Notes: generated by a model from the sequence alone, not told the origin. A stretch of 53,893 nucleotides of DNA, filler included, from Sphacelaria rigidula (GCA_964200075.2; 4 parts of 4 records of this genome joined end to end with filler, not necessarily neighbours in it), one strand, 5' to 3'. Positions 13,400 through 26,174 are shown, counted from the first letter of the whole stretch. A program made the numbers and translations.

Positions 13400-13499
13400 N
13401 NNNNNNNNNNNNNNNNNNNNNNNNNNNNNNNNNNNNNNNNNNNTTAATTAATTAANNNNNNNNNNNNNNNNNNNNNNNNNNNNNNNNNNNNNNNNNNNN
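13400..13499. other. Artificial concatenation spacer
   Basis: N44-TTAATTAATTAA-N44, which puts stop codons in all six frames. Confidence 0.98.
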
Positions 13500-14280
13500 C
13501 TTTTGGGGTGAATTTGACGTCACGGCAAGAAAAACTGTATGAGGTTTTCGAGTTTCTCCACCAAACTTTGTACATGTGTTCCTTGGACTCTCCCGGGACG
13601 CATCATTTCATTATTTTTCTTTTAGGACATTCTGTACCGCCTTCCGGGGGTCCCAGCATGAAGACCTCCCGAAGCTGGTCGAGAACGGAGAAAACATCAT
13701 ATACTGTCAAGAATACAATTTTTTCATTTTGAGCATCAATACCTACAGAACTGCCGAGTTTGAGGGCGATCTGAGCTCTTCTACAACAGATATAGGGGAC
13801 ACCGTCACGAGGCTCCCTGGGTCTTTCGTGTGTATCATGAGTGGAAATTAGACGACGCCAACACCCGACATCCCCGAAACATCACGGTTTCAGGTACGAT
13901 TCGACCCCCGTAGCAACCGTTTCAAAATATGATTTCCTTGTTAGATTTCCGTGTCGATGACGGTTACAACGAATTTAAGCATGTAGAGACGGGGTGAAAG
14001 TTGGGCTTTGTATTCGTAATTTAGATCTCGGAACAGTTTGATGGGCGCTGATTGGCTGAAACACATTTTCGTCCATAGCGCCACCGCTGATTGGCTGAAA
14101 CACCCTCTTCGTCTCTTCATTGCGGTCAGTATGATACCATACATGCGACTACTCGGTGCGTATTGCGGAAGGCATTTGCTGATGACACAATTTTGGGTGC
14201 TAACCGTGAACCAGCCTGTAGCTCGGAATAGAAAGCGCTCATCCCGAGCGTACATTGTGGGCCAAGTATAGGCGGTCTAA

Positions 14281-14478
14281 GGGCGTGTCTTATTAATAGC
14301 ACATTTTTTTTCGATCGAAAATGTGCGGTGGAAACGAAAACTCTGATCTGACTGATAGGTCATGATTTCAAATATCGTAATTTATGGTGACGATGGTTGA
14401 AATCACAACCTATCAGTTCGGAATTCTTGTTTTCCCCCGCACTTTTTCGATCCAAAAACAATATGCTGAGGCACGTCC
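14281..14478. mobile_element. PIF/Harbinger-like MITE
   Basis: TAA|GGGCGTGTCTTA ... TGAGGCACGTCC|TAG. Internally palindromic. A related copy lies at 53441-53621. Confidence 0.7.
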
Positions 14479-16411
14479 TAGATACCAACTAAAGCCCCTG
14501 CAGATTCACTTTGTACTTGGATAGATTTATTTCGCATATTTCAATCCTTTACGGGCGCATCGGTGTCGGACCAACCCTATAAGTTCTAGAGACGTGGGTC
14601 CGGAGAGGAGTGAGCTACTCGTACTACTACTGTAGAAATATGGGAACACCGTCAGCCTTAATTTTCATGCCTATTTTGTGCGAAGCCAGTATTATAACGC
14701 GCACACACGATGCACGGCACCGGGAGATACGAGGTTTTCTCCACTGAGGTATTGGTGCCAGTGTACTATACGGTTACATTTCACTATCTAAGACTCTTCA
14801 CGACCGACCCGACACTAGTGCATACTACAAGTAGTACTGAACTACGCTGTATACCGACCGTACTGGTCTGTACAGACAGAAACGGAAAGTATCACAGTCT
14901 GTCAAACTTGTGCACGAACATGCGTATTGTAGACCCATCTCCTGATACCTCCGACCATCATCACCACCCTCGCCATCCTAAAGGACTACAACCAAGTGTG
15001 CCAGAGGAAAACACGTTATAACACTGCCTGTACATTACAATACAGTACGGCAAGTGCGGCGAGCGTGTCATGAAGCACGGGGAACGTCATGATTTGATGG
15101 AAGACACTGTGCTTCCATTGTAAAACTATCTGCTCGTACTCGTTTTGTACGAGCGGCGTCTCTACGAGTAGAAATATCACACCGACTGACTCCTGTGCAC
15201 TGCTGTCTCGTTTCGTGTTTCAAATTGATACCACTCACCGAAAATGCTTTGCCCTGCCTCCAACTTGTAATGCCCGGAGAATCCCGGGGTAGTAGGAAGG
15301 CAGCATGATACACAACATGATAGAGTTGTTACCAGCGGGATCAGCATCACACCCTAAGGCAGACGACAGAGAGCAACTTGTGTCGTTGAGAGGCCGGACT
15401 AATCTTCGTGTGTTGATCCTACTACGCGTAAAATTGTCATACTATATTATGGTCCCTGGAACAATCACGTCCCATGGACCTGTGTAGTTACCAACTTACA
15501 TCCCCACGATAGACGTTTTGTGCTGTGTGCGCCGTACCTTACAGGCAACGTCGACATCGCTATCAGGCCAATAGCTACCAGAATCAAGCCGCCGACACCA
15601 TCACCAGGCAAGAGAACTATGTTCGTAGCACCCTGTTGCCGTCGCTGCATCGCACGATCTTGTCTTGCAGCATAACTTCATGCTCACTTCGTAATTTTCG
15701 CCAAGTTGACATGCAAATCGTGCACAATGAGCTCTATTGCTGCTGTACCGTGTCACGGGCGTGCCGCTGTAGTGGATGGCCACACGCACACATCGTGGGT
15801 ACCACTCGACTGCATGGTCCAAGGTCGGCTATCTCGCCAACAATGTAGAGCAACGCACTTGAACCCAGAAGCGCCATGGAGGCATGTCCCCAGCTGTTCG
15901 AGCAAAAAATAACTTAGAGTACATGTATGCGTACCGCATTCGGTGGAGACGGAAGCCGTAAAAACTTAAACTACACACGAAAGAGTCCGGAGTGCGCCGG
16001 CTATTGATATGCCTGGTAGATAGGTATCAGGCCCGAAAATCATGCAAGCTCTTGCCTCGCCCTGGGATGCCAACCTTATGACTGCGCTGTAAATCGGTTG
16101 CGTCAGCAGTGCTTACGAGCGCAGAATCTCAAAGCTATGGCCGGAAGCGAGTCGTTTGTGGAATGAAACAGACTTGTACAATATACGCATACTACAACTG
16201 TTGTGTATGAATGATTTAGCCCGTGGGATATAATGAAGGTGCTATCTTGCAGGATACAAGACACACACCCCCAAGACGAAAAGGCAGGAAAAAGCGAGAT
16301 ATCCCATCATGTGCTGGACAATGCAATGGTATTTATTGGAATGCCTACGAGGTGGGTCGGCCTAAGAATGAACTTGAGAGTTGCAGGCGATTGCGCTATG
16401 AAATGGTTGGA

Positions 16412-16879
16412 CCGACTCTAATGGGAGCCGTTCAAAATTCCTGTTTATAACTGCCTTTTTGGCCCTCGTTTTACACCTGAAAAGAGAGCTAGGCGGATGT
16501 TCACGCCTTGAGATGACTTGCTCTACTCATTGAAACCGTTCCAGGGCATCTTTGCATTTCCCGCTGGCCGCACTTTAATTTTTGGCCACTGACGGATTTT
16601 TAATAAAAATGGTCAAGCGATCAAATTACAGGGGGAAATTAAATCTTGTTCACCTGACCGTTTTTTACTGAAAATCCGTGTTTGGTCTGATTTGGCCGAG
16701 AACAAAAGTGCGGCCAGCGGGAAAAGCAAAGGTGCGCTAGAACGATCTCAACGAGTAGAGCAAGTCACTCCAAGGCGTTAAAATCCGCCTATCCCTCTTT
16801 TCGGCCTTAAATCGACGGAGAATGCCCCAAAAGGCAGTTTCCGACAGGAATTTTGAACAGCTCCCATTAGTAGAGTTGG
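16412..16879. mobile_element. Foldback/MITE palindrome (~460 bp)
   Basis: The arms are reverse complements over most of their length, e.g. CTAATGGGAGCCGTTCAAAATTCCTGT vs ACAGGAATTTTGAACAGCTCCCATTAG and TTCCCGCTGGCCGCACTTT vs AAAGTGCGGCCAGCGGGAA. Confidence 0.85.
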
Positions 16880-16965
16880 CCTTACCGCGAGACATTCAAG
16901 TTTTTTTTGTTATTTTCCAGAGTTGCAGGGATAAGTCCCGAGTTTGGCAAAATCGCTTCCTCCAA

Positions 16966-17280
16966 CAGAATTTACCATATGGTCGGAAATAATGTCATTT
17001 GATTTCCGAATCAAAATGATCTTTGGATCTTTAGAGGGGCTGATAGTCCCAAGTGCTCCTATTATAGCTCGCCCAGAATGTCTTCTTGTCCAAATCGGCG
17101 CAGGCGCCGATTTGAGGTCTGCCAACGCCATATTTGCTCACGACACCCTCTACACCCCCGTGCCCGAGGGTTTTCTTGTGCCTAGGTCGGGGTTGGTTAA
17201 CGTTACGTTTAGCGTTAGGTTTGACGGCACCTCGTTTATAGTACCAACCATAGTTTCCGAACGTTTGATAAACAGTCCTC
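16966..17280 (+). mobile_element. Telomeric-tract element, degenerate copy
   Basis: CAGAA start and TCCTC end. Decayed subterminal IR (18/24). Core CCCGAGGGTTTTC followed by GGTCGGGGTTGGTTAACGTTACGTTTAGCGTTAGG. Confidence 0.65.
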
Positions 17281-18652
17281 TCGTCCGTATTTGGCGTGCG
17301 CCTGCGAATATCAGCCCCTTGGATCACAGTATCCAACTGTTCGCGGCGATACTGAAGCCAAGTACGTTTCAACGATGGACATTTGGTGAAGGTGTTTGGT
17401 TTGTCGCCGCTTCCTGTGGGTGTGAAGAGATATTTCCAAAACACGTTTTTCTGGTGATCCGATGCCGATTTTGGCACTGAAAACGGGCTTCGCGGATTAT
17501 TCCACCTGAGAATGATGAAGCACTCTCTCAGGGAGGATTCTCGCGCACTTTGCCCACCTTTCGTACGCTCACTTTGACTTGCGGCCGTAACAGATATTTC
17601 GTATAAAAAATCCTGCGAAACACTACCCAACTTTTTTCAGAGATTTTTGTTAGATTTTCAAGACCATGAGAAGCAGCCTGAGGGCATAAATCTATTTGCA
17701 AACGTCTTCAGCAAACAATTTTTTTCGTTCCAATGTCAATCCGGCCTGAATCCACATCAAATGGGGTTTGAATTCTGTAGTTTTGGAGACAGGACGGTGA
17801 CGACTGCCCCCCCCCCTCCTCGAAAAAAAGAAAGAACAAGCAACCCCGTGTTCCAACTGATGACAGCTGTGCGTGGCTGCACTTCGGAGACCCTCTTTTT
17901 TTACCCATGTAGAGCGGTGTGGTTAGCAATCGACATGTACACCGGCGAAAAGCTTCGTATTTCTTGTTTTAAAATGTAATACAAGTATCACGTGTTTCAG
18001 ACGGAAAACACCTGAAGCATCACGAAGAATTCTCTGGTGTACAGCCATCGAACACGGCTTCATTTTCGGTAGGTTGCTACCCCGCAGGCGTCACTCCATC
18101 AAATATACGACGCACGTGTCTCACGATTTTTCAAGATACTGCCGCCATATGTATTGGCCTTCTGTACCCCACGGCTGCGTCCTGCGACCCATTGGCAGCG
18201 TTGCGTTTTTTTTGCGTGTACAGTATATATATATATATATATTTCTGTGTGCATGTTCTCTTTCTGTAAATATTTACATGGGTATGATCACACAAGTACA
18301 GTACTGGATACTATATCCGTCAAACATTGAGTATGTTAACCGCTGGGCCGTAGAATGGTACTGTGCGTGGAACATAGGTGGTAATACTCCACATTCATGT
18401 ATTAACATTACCGTTGTCTTGTGAGTGGAGCTTCTATCATTTAATATGTTTTCGTTTGTACACATCCGTCTCCCTGGTTCTCTTTCCCTCTGCTTTCTGC
18501 GCCTCTGAGCACTGTACAGTACCGTTTACAGTGCAGCACTGTCTGCAGCATCGGGCCGCGACTCGAAGGAGTGACCGGGACAGCCGTCAGTCTGCCAGCG
18601 GGACGTGTGCGCTGGCGAGGGCTGTTCGGCGTTGCTTTAGCTGCTTCCAACC

Positions 18653-20637
18653 ATGATGCCCGAGAAGAAACACTATTCATACACCAATCTCGACGACACT
18701 CCCAAGGTATCCAGTAAACTGCTGTACAGTATGAACCTCCCATACCCCGCCGTAGTGACTGCCTTGTGTCGCGCCAACCGAAACATGAAATACGGGGCTT
18801 CGGGTATTTGGTGTTCACCATGTCACGCGGTGCGTAATACGTGGAAACTAATGGGTCAGGCCGTAATATTGAGATCCATTCAACAAAGTTCAGCGCCTAA
18901 TGTCAGCACATGAAAAATTAAACTAAACGTAATCCGAGTCATTTATTATGAGGGTGACATCATTCGCATTTCTTCGACGTTTTGCTCCGAACCAGAGTTT
19001 TTTTTTGTTTATTTGCGGTAATTTATCTGAAATATTTCCGTTGCCAGGGGTCACGTATTCGAAGAGGAAACAATTCCTCGTCATCGGCCGAGGAAAAAGT
19101 TGGCTGTTGCAAAGAAGAATCTGAGTTGTGGCTGGCGTAGATTGGGGGGGGGTTAGTGATGAAATCCCATTTTTCTCGTGCGTTCATTTTGCGCTACAAC
19201 GACAGCGTGGTCTATCGTCTTGGACGGGTATCAGTTTCGGGCGAGATGTCGTTCGGTTCTACTCGCGGCCCGGTCGTGGGAATACCTATTCAAAATGTTG
19301 ACCCGCAACCGGGGATCTGATCAAGAGCGTACCCGTGCCCCCCAGTAACGATAGGGGAGTCTTACAGAAATTACAGGATTGTCGGGTACCGATATGAAAA
19401 TCTTGCAGCAATCACAGAGCTGTCGGGTACGGTAAATACCCGGGGAAATACCCCGGGTATTCAGAAAATCGTACCCTACAAAACACAACCTTGTAATATT
19501 TCTGAGTTTAGTCGTGGAGCATCCTGTGTAATGAATCACCGTGGTAGTTTGCAGGCGAAACAACGTGGGACAAGCGGGCAGCCTTTGTTCTAAGTGCCCT
19601 CATCGTTTTCCCGCCCTACTTTTCTTTGGAAACTACCGCCAACCACCGGAAAACTGCGGCAGCATGGAGAAATCATAGAGTCATCTTACCTCCTCGGAGA
19701 TAGAAGTCCCAAGTCGAGGTGGACAAGGATAGCGGAGGTGCTGTTTCTGCTGGCTACCATCGGAGGCTGCGCGTACGTTCTGGTACTGCTCTTTCACAAC
19801 GGCAGCAAGCACCAAAGCAAAGATATGGGTCCACAACATCCTAGCCGCCCCGTGGGAGCGTCTTCGTCGAGCATGCACGACAGCGCCTTGTGCGCGGATA
19901 ACGCTGCATGCATGGGTGAGTGCGTGGAAAGTAGCTCTGCGTTCAGGGCTTGAGTTTTGACGACTACGTATACCTGTCAAATTTACGCGAGTTCGGGCCC
20001 ATAGCTGTCATCCTTGTTTTTCGTGTAGATACTGACATGCTCATGTTGGGGAGCTGATAGTTGCAGGTGCTTGGCAGCTTGTGCAACTAGCGTTTATGCT
20101 CAAGTCGGCGCCTTCGGTGGCCACCCCACTTTCCTACACACCTCTCTGCCCTGGGTTTGAGTTAGGGTCACGTTCAGGGGTCCGAACGAAAATGTCAACC
20201 TGGTATTCAAGGGGAGGAAGTGGGGGAAAACCATACGAAGTGGGCACAACCCTTGTCCTACATACGGTACGTCACGTATGATTCAAATGTCCCAAATAAG
20301 GCAGCGCCGAATCGCCATCGACACCATACTCTGTGGTCCGCAGGGACGTCTTCACCCAGGACTAAGTTGGGGGTGTATCGAAATATCGGGCGTCGTTTGT
20401 CAACAACGACGATTTCTTCGAAAGCAATTGGCTTGTCTTGGGCACACGATTTGGTTTACCTGTTGAAGTCGTAGCAAGCATAACATGCACACACGTGCGT
20501 ACCCCGCTTATTTCCTACCCCCATCTTCGCTTTCCCGTCTTCTATCTCCTGCAGAGCTGAAACTCGAGGGCGATTGCTGCCCCACGCCGGACAACACCTA
20601 CTTGAACTGCTGCCCTCCTCGGAGCCCACACCATTGA
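18653..20637 (+). CDS. Small (129 aa) type II membrane protein with C-terminal 6-Cys module, unknown function
   Basis: Exons 18653-18706 (ccaaccATG MMPEKKHYSYTNLDDTPK|GT), 19663-19915 (AG|HGEIIESSYLL...IAEVLFLLATIGGCAYVLVLLF...CADNAACM|GTGAGT) and 20555-20637 (polypyrimidine-CAG|ELKLEGDCCPTPDNTYLNCCPPRSPHH*). Phases match, and splicing reconstitutes C-x5-C-x8-CC-x9-CC. Confidence 0.85.
19322..19493. mobile_element. Small CAAG...CTTG element with GGGTAC/TACCC motifs, intronic
   Basis: CAAGAGCGTACCCG ... TACCCTACAAAACACAACCTTG, with repeated TGTCGGGTAC and TACCCGGG motifs. Confidence 0.55.
19981..20192 (+). mobile_element. Telomeric-tract element, short degenerate copy (intronic)
   Basis: GCTGATAG...AGGTGCT...CAAGTCGGCG core resembles 17039-17101. 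Contains GGGTTTGAGTTAGGGTCA, short IR GTTCGGGCCC/GGGTCCGAAC, and TGTCAA on both flanks. Confidence 0.45.
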
Positions 20638-23600
20638 CAGCAATACGAAACGTGGCTCGATGTATTGCATCACGCAGGAGTAACACGTCGCTTTTATTCA
20701 CGTGGAGTGGTAGACACCGAAGCACGAAGAGAGGAGTACGTGTAATAGAAGGAGCATCCAACAGCATCGCCATTGTACATGCACAATGCACAGCGGCCAG
20801 AGACACATTTCGTAGAGGGTAAAGACGCGGGGGGTACGTAAAATCATGTGTTTTTTGGCGTATGCTGTGTACGTGTGTTCGTGCGAGCCATCTATTAGGT
20901 TGTCTTCCTCTTCCTGACATGAGTACTTTAGACGTACCATTTCATGGTGTTTCCCTGTTATTTCATGAAAGCGTCTGCCTCTGAGGGGGGTTCTGTTCGC
21001 TAACCAGCGCGAAGATCTTCGTACGCGTAGTACTGTAGGCCGCTGGGTGCAAGCGGGCGGCGTGTGTTGTCGACTGGCAGCAAAAACTCATCATCAGAGA
21101 GGGAACTAACTAGGAAAAATCCTGCACGGACGATGCTCCTCTTCGGAATTTTCGGGGTTCGACAGGCACTGAAAATCACTCGGTTGTTTCCTCAACGTGG
21201 TCGTCTGTCACTCTTGCAAGAAAGAGGTAGCGCTTACGACATAAACATTTTGCGTTCTTGTGGAGTTGCATATGCAGTGTTGAGGCGGTTGGGGGGGGGG
21301 GGGGGGGGCAATGGCGTCGATTTGCAATTCAAGATTCTTGAGTTTTCCGTGCTTGGATTTGCGGCAAGGAGCAAATTGGACGTAGTGTTGCTGTTTTTTC
21401 GAATTTTCGTGGATGAAGAATCGATATCGCCTGATGTGTCGGCTTGAAAAAGTATTGCTGTTTTAGGTATGGGTACTGGAGACTCTCGGGTTTTACAATC
21501 AAGAAATGTTCTTACGCTGTTGAGGTGATTTAAGGTGGGAGGGTGATCGTGTGTCTTGCGATGGCGCGACTGGATTGTCACGTGTGTTGGTTGCGTGTAA
21601 ATGTAAGTGCCAAAGTATGGGGCTGTGTCGGGATGTTGGTTATGTTTACTAGTGGTTCTGAACGATACTCACAGCTTGTGATGTTCAGGAATGATGCAGC
21701 ATTACGCAGCACGCACGTGTTGAGATAATATTTTTCTGTCGCGCGTGGAGCACTTTTGGGTGAATTACCGCGCTGTGGAGCGACGGCGAAGTCACCGTGT
21801 TCGTGATTTTTGCACGTCAAGTACTTGAGCGTTGTTAATCTGTATACCCCTTGAGTGTCGTTTACAAGGAGATCACATGGGCTCATGCCTGGTGTCGGGA
21901 GTATTGTGTGTGGCAGTTTAGTGTTGCTTGCAAATGGTGTATGATGAAAAGATGTATGTTGCAGGTGATATGTTTTTGCCAAATTTGTTGGTTGGTCGGA
22001 TTGTGAGCCTCTAGCATACAGCATACACTTCAGCGGCTTCCCAAAACTGTGCTCGTGTTCGTCATTGCACGTGTTGGTAGGCGTGTTCCTTTGTGTCTCT
22101 GTCCTCGTTTTCCCCTGGTAGCCACAATCGATGAGTAGCCATCTATACCCGTCAGTGGTTGCTTTGGCGCACATTGCCAGAGCAACATGGTGCATATCTA
22201 GCATGGCGAGTAGCGCCCTCAAAAATGAACGATTTGTTGGGGTTTGGTACTGAAACGGTACGTACTGCCATTACGTACGTTCCATATAACGCCCCACGAG
22301 CCAACAAAAACCCAATGTTGTTGCGCCGCGTTGGAGGGAGACAGCACACACACGCACGCTCACATACACGGAGGGAAGGGAAGGAAGATCGTGAGGGCGA
22401 TGCAGTTGCTTGTTTTCTGGTCCGCGATTGGGAGTCACGATCCTGGCGTCCGTTTCGTTGAGGTGTATTACATACTGCATGCAGTCTGCTCCCTTCTCTC
22501 TCAGCCCAACTCCCACCACCTACCACCCCTTCTCCAGAGGGGATTTGCTTTTTGTCGCTGGCGCTTGTTCTGCTTTTCGCTTGAACTGGTTCTATTTTTG
22601 TCTCGTACCTCTTTTCCAACTCCAACTTCTGAAGTTTGTCTTGTTTCGTGATTGATTATCCGCATGGTGGCTCCCTGACAATTTCTTGTTTATCGTCCAG
22701 AACTCCTGTCTTTTTTATTCGTGTTTGGTGTTGGCGGTGGCGGGACCGCCCTGTTCCAAAGGATGCTGTGACCAAGGGTTGGTGCTACAAGGGCCGCCTT
22801 ATGATTCGTACAAAGGGTTGACTTCTCATTCCTGTAGTGTTTGCTTTCATGCTTGTTTTTCATGACTAGTGAGGGGTTTTGTCGAAGAGCATGAGGACAT
22901 GATGATATTGACACGGTAAGCGTAGAAAACAACTTCTCATGAATACGTTGCCACGATTCTAGAGCTAAATGGCGTTGCGGCATTGCGGCATTGCATACTT
23001 TGCACCTGTCTCCGGTGTGTGGTACATCACCCGTGTCAACGATCACCACATGGTACCTAGATAGTGGTACAGGCTCATGGGGAATTGTTGGGTGTCCTAT
23101 TCGATCTTTTCCCCCACGCCAATTACAACACACATCGTTTAAAATCGCTGAAAAGTCTTCGTCTAGGAATTGAAACGAAATCGCGTAGAAAAGTGCCTCC
23201 AGAGGGCCCCCTCACCAGCCAGGGGGGGGCGACGGTGCCGGCGCAGGTGCGATCGCGGGGCTTCGCCGCGACCAGTGCAGTGATGGGATCTATCGGCCAT
23301 TAGCAGTCAGTATATCATATTCTGGCTGGCTGCGCCAGAATCCAACGGTACAAATCGTGCTTGCATGGCGAGTGAGTGAAATAATCCATTCCTGAACATG
23401 ATGCACAACAGGTGCCAGTCGGGGGGATTCGATCGTATAAACATGGCACATCACTCATAGTCTACTGGCCGACATTCAGTCTCGGTCGTAGATCCAAAGT
23501 TGTCATTGTGGGTGCTGAAAAAGTTTGCATGCTTTTCCTTGACTACATGAAGCTTGCAGAAGCAACGTAGACGGTCCGAATCACGAACAGATGCTACGTT

Positions 23601-23993
23601 TCCACATGCCCTGAAGTTCATCTCACCAACATCGAAAAAAAACCAACACCGTCTCAACCGGCAACAAGTCGCCAATATTGAGCACAACCACTACACCTCT
23701 TGTACTGTATACAGAACCACAACACTGGAATCACCGGAGAAATAATGACGGGTATGCCAAGCAGAAACGCATGCACGCCAATGGGGCTATCAATCCAGCG
23801 ATAGTAGCGCTGCCTGGCGTACAACAGGCAGCACTTTCTGATCATGGTGAGCAACATTTCCTTCTCGACTCTCGAACTCGACAATCCTCTCTGTCGCGGA
23901 CGTGTAAGTTGCTATGAAGCGTGACTATCAAGCGCTGACTAGAATGTCATGTCATTTGATTCACCAGAGTTTTTGTTCGATGACGAGCGAACG

Positions 23994-26174
23994 CTACAAT
24001 AAGTCAGCCAAAACGGGATCCGCCAAATATTCCGCAATCTCAGCCACTACAAACCTCCAAGCCCGGTCCCAACGCTGCCGCTCGTGCTCTACCGGCTGCC
24101 GCAAGTGATCTCGCCAAACCTCTTCCGCCTTTGCCTGGCACAGTTTCAACACATGTCTACTCCAGCTCGCCCCCTTTCCCCACACCACCTTTGCCCATTG
24201 TCCAACCCTCGCCTTGACCTCTGCGGCGCAAACCTGCCCCCATTCTTTCCAAATTGGAGGCCTTTCAGTTCCCGCAACGGCAGCGCGCGTAGTTTCTCCC
24301 GTTTCAGTCCGACCGTCTAGCGGAAATATATTGTCACCTATTTCGGGGAACGGGGGCATGGTCCACGACGCGGGATCATCCAAGGGCAAATTCAACTTTG
24401 AAGGGTTCTTATCGGTCTTCTCCATGCCTTCGATCCCTCCAGACCTCGCGGGCTTCCCAAAAAATGGCAGTTTGCGAGGACCACGGGTTTCCCCTCCCTG
24501 TCGCCCGGTGTCTTCCGTGGTTTGGCTGCTGCTGCTACCCAGTTCGTCGGGCCAAAAACCAAAAGCGGCGGTATTTGCGGTATCCACATAAGGTGATGCT
24601 ATCACGGTGTCGGCGCCTTCTGCCGGTGTGGGAATATCCGTGAGAGTATCCTGTGGTTCTGCGCGCGGTACGTCCATCGGTGGCCGAGAAGCCGAGGTTG
24701 AAGGGGATTGTTGTAGAACAATTTCCGTAAAGATCTCGCTGACCCCGGACCCGAACATGCTAATACTACTGCCAGGAGAACCTTCCTTCGCTACTTGAAA
24801 TACCCCCGAACCCTCCGCATCTGCAGAATCATCTCCCCCAGATGCTGCGGGAGACTGCTCGTCGGTCTTCACGCCCTCTGGAACTATTGCATGCTCGTCC
24901 TGTACCCAGTTTGACCGCTCCTTTAAGGCCTCCCTCATTGCACCGACCTGCCCCCCCGCACTACCATCAGCAATCCCTGCCAATTGCCCGATTCCGAACA
25001 CGCCAACAGGTGATGTGGTTTGCGGCTCTGCAGAAGTTGCTATCGGTTCGATGGCAGAGAGTCCGGAATCGTTGTCTGGTACGTTTTCCTTCACTATTGT
25101 TTCTCCTCCACCCCCGGGGAGGAAAAGCGACCCCGGAAATGAGGTCGGATCGGCGCTTGTCGCACCTGCTGAACCTACACCGCGCCCATCCCCCGCCTCG
25201 AGACCACTTACTTCGTCCGAGGCTGGGCTCACATCATCCGCGGCCGTTGTTATTTGCGGGGTAACCTTCGTCTCCGTCGCAGGCACAGGTATCGATAATG
25301 CAGCACGATCCTCACCACTAGCTGCACGATCGTTACCGCCAACGTCCGCTTTTCGTTCGAGCGGCGGCGGCTTGCTGCTGCTATCCAAGGCATAGTCATC
25401 GGTTGGAATCGCGTTGACGATATTCGGTGTCGGTGCGCTCACCTCGCCGTCGTCTACAGCAGCTCCAACTACTAGGCCACTGCAGGGATCATCGTCATCT
25501 CCACCACATCCTGTTACTGTTTCTTCGTGCTGCCGGCTTTCTTTCGCTGTGGAAATTTCCAACTCTTCTTGTCCTCGATCCTCCTCCTTCAACGTCACAT
25601 CGAAGTCCTCCCTTTTGTCGAGACCTCCTGGTTCACTCTTCACATCACGGCGCGTGTCATTGTCGTGCGCACCGACGCGATGCTGACGGCCAGGTATCTC
25701 GGCTGGCTGCTCAGAGTCGCCCGTTGCTGCACTATCACCATAATCTTCCATCTTTCCGTCGCCAACGTTCACCTCAACCATTTCTATCGCTTGATCTTCC
25801 TCTGGCTCTTGTTCTAGGGTTGACTGCAGAGCTGAGTCCAACGTGCGATGAAGCAGTCTCTCAAGGGTGTCTCCAGGATTCTCTTCCTGTGCATGTACAT
25901 CAACCACGTCATGTACACGCCTTTTCCCAACGGTGTTGCTACCCTGACCTGCAAGGGGTGGTTGCAGTACTCCAAGGGTAACGACGTCAACAGGATAGTC
26001 ATCCTTGTCTTTCCCTGAGCCTGCGGAGCCGGAGCCTGCGGCGTCAACTGTGTTCATGGCCGCCGCAGAGGCGCAGTAAAGCCTCAGCATGTTGCTTCCC
26101 GTTGATACTACACGACGTCGACACTTCCGCTTTTTCGTGGTCATGTTGCGCTGAATTGACCCCACCGAGTTCAT
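23994..26174 (-). CDS. Large exon/ORF (726 codons) of an unknown acidic low-complexity protein
   Basis: 2.18-kb open frame rich in A/G/S/E/D/P, ending in a Trp-rich amphipathic helix (WKEWGQV...WAKVVWGK...RWDRAWRF). The 3' end resembles a branch point plus acceptor (GCTGACTTATTGTAG), so the gene probably continues. Candidate downstream exons are 23289-23216 and 22628-22527 (PPWL|KLELEKRYETK...). Confidence 0.75.
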   Translation of the reverse strand: MNSVGSIQRNMTTKKRKCRRRVVSTGSNMLRLYCASAAAMNTVDAAGSGSAGSGKDKDDYPVDVVTLGVLQPPLAGQGSNTVGKRRVHDVVDVHAQEENPGDTLERLLHRTLDSALQSTLEQEPEEDQAIEMVEVNVGDGKMEDYGDSAATGDSEQPAEIPGRQHRVGAHDNDTRRDVKSEPGGLDKREDFDVTLKEEDRGQEELEISTAKESRQHEETVTGCGGDDDDPCSGLVVGAAVDDGEVSAPTPNIVNAIPTDDYALDSSSKPPPLERKADVGGNDRAASGEDRAALSIPVPATETKVTPQITTAADDVSPASDEVSGLEAGDGRGVGSAGATSADPTSFPGSLFLPGGGGETIVKENVPDNDSGLSAIEPIATSAEPQTTSPVGVFGIGQLAGIADGSAGGQVGAMREALKERSNWVQDEHAIVPEGVKTDEQSPAASGGDDSADAEGSGVFQVAKEGSPGSSISMFGSGVSEIFTEIVLQQSPSTSASRPPMDVPRAEPQDTLTDIPTPAEGADTVIASPYVDTANTAAFGFWPDELGSSSSQTTEDTGRQGGETRGPRKLPFFGKPARSGGIEGMEKTDKNPSKLNLPLDDPASWTMPPFPEIGDNIFPLDGRTETGETTRAAVAGTERPPIWKEWGQVCAAEVKARVGQWAKVVWGKGASWSRHVLKLCQAKAEEVWRDHLRQPVEHERQRWDRAWRFVVAEIAEYLADPVLADLL

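Noticed and set aside
16944-17630. Overlapping 178-aa and 199-aa ORFs
   Set aside because: They span a non-autonomous element and show no recognisable motifs.
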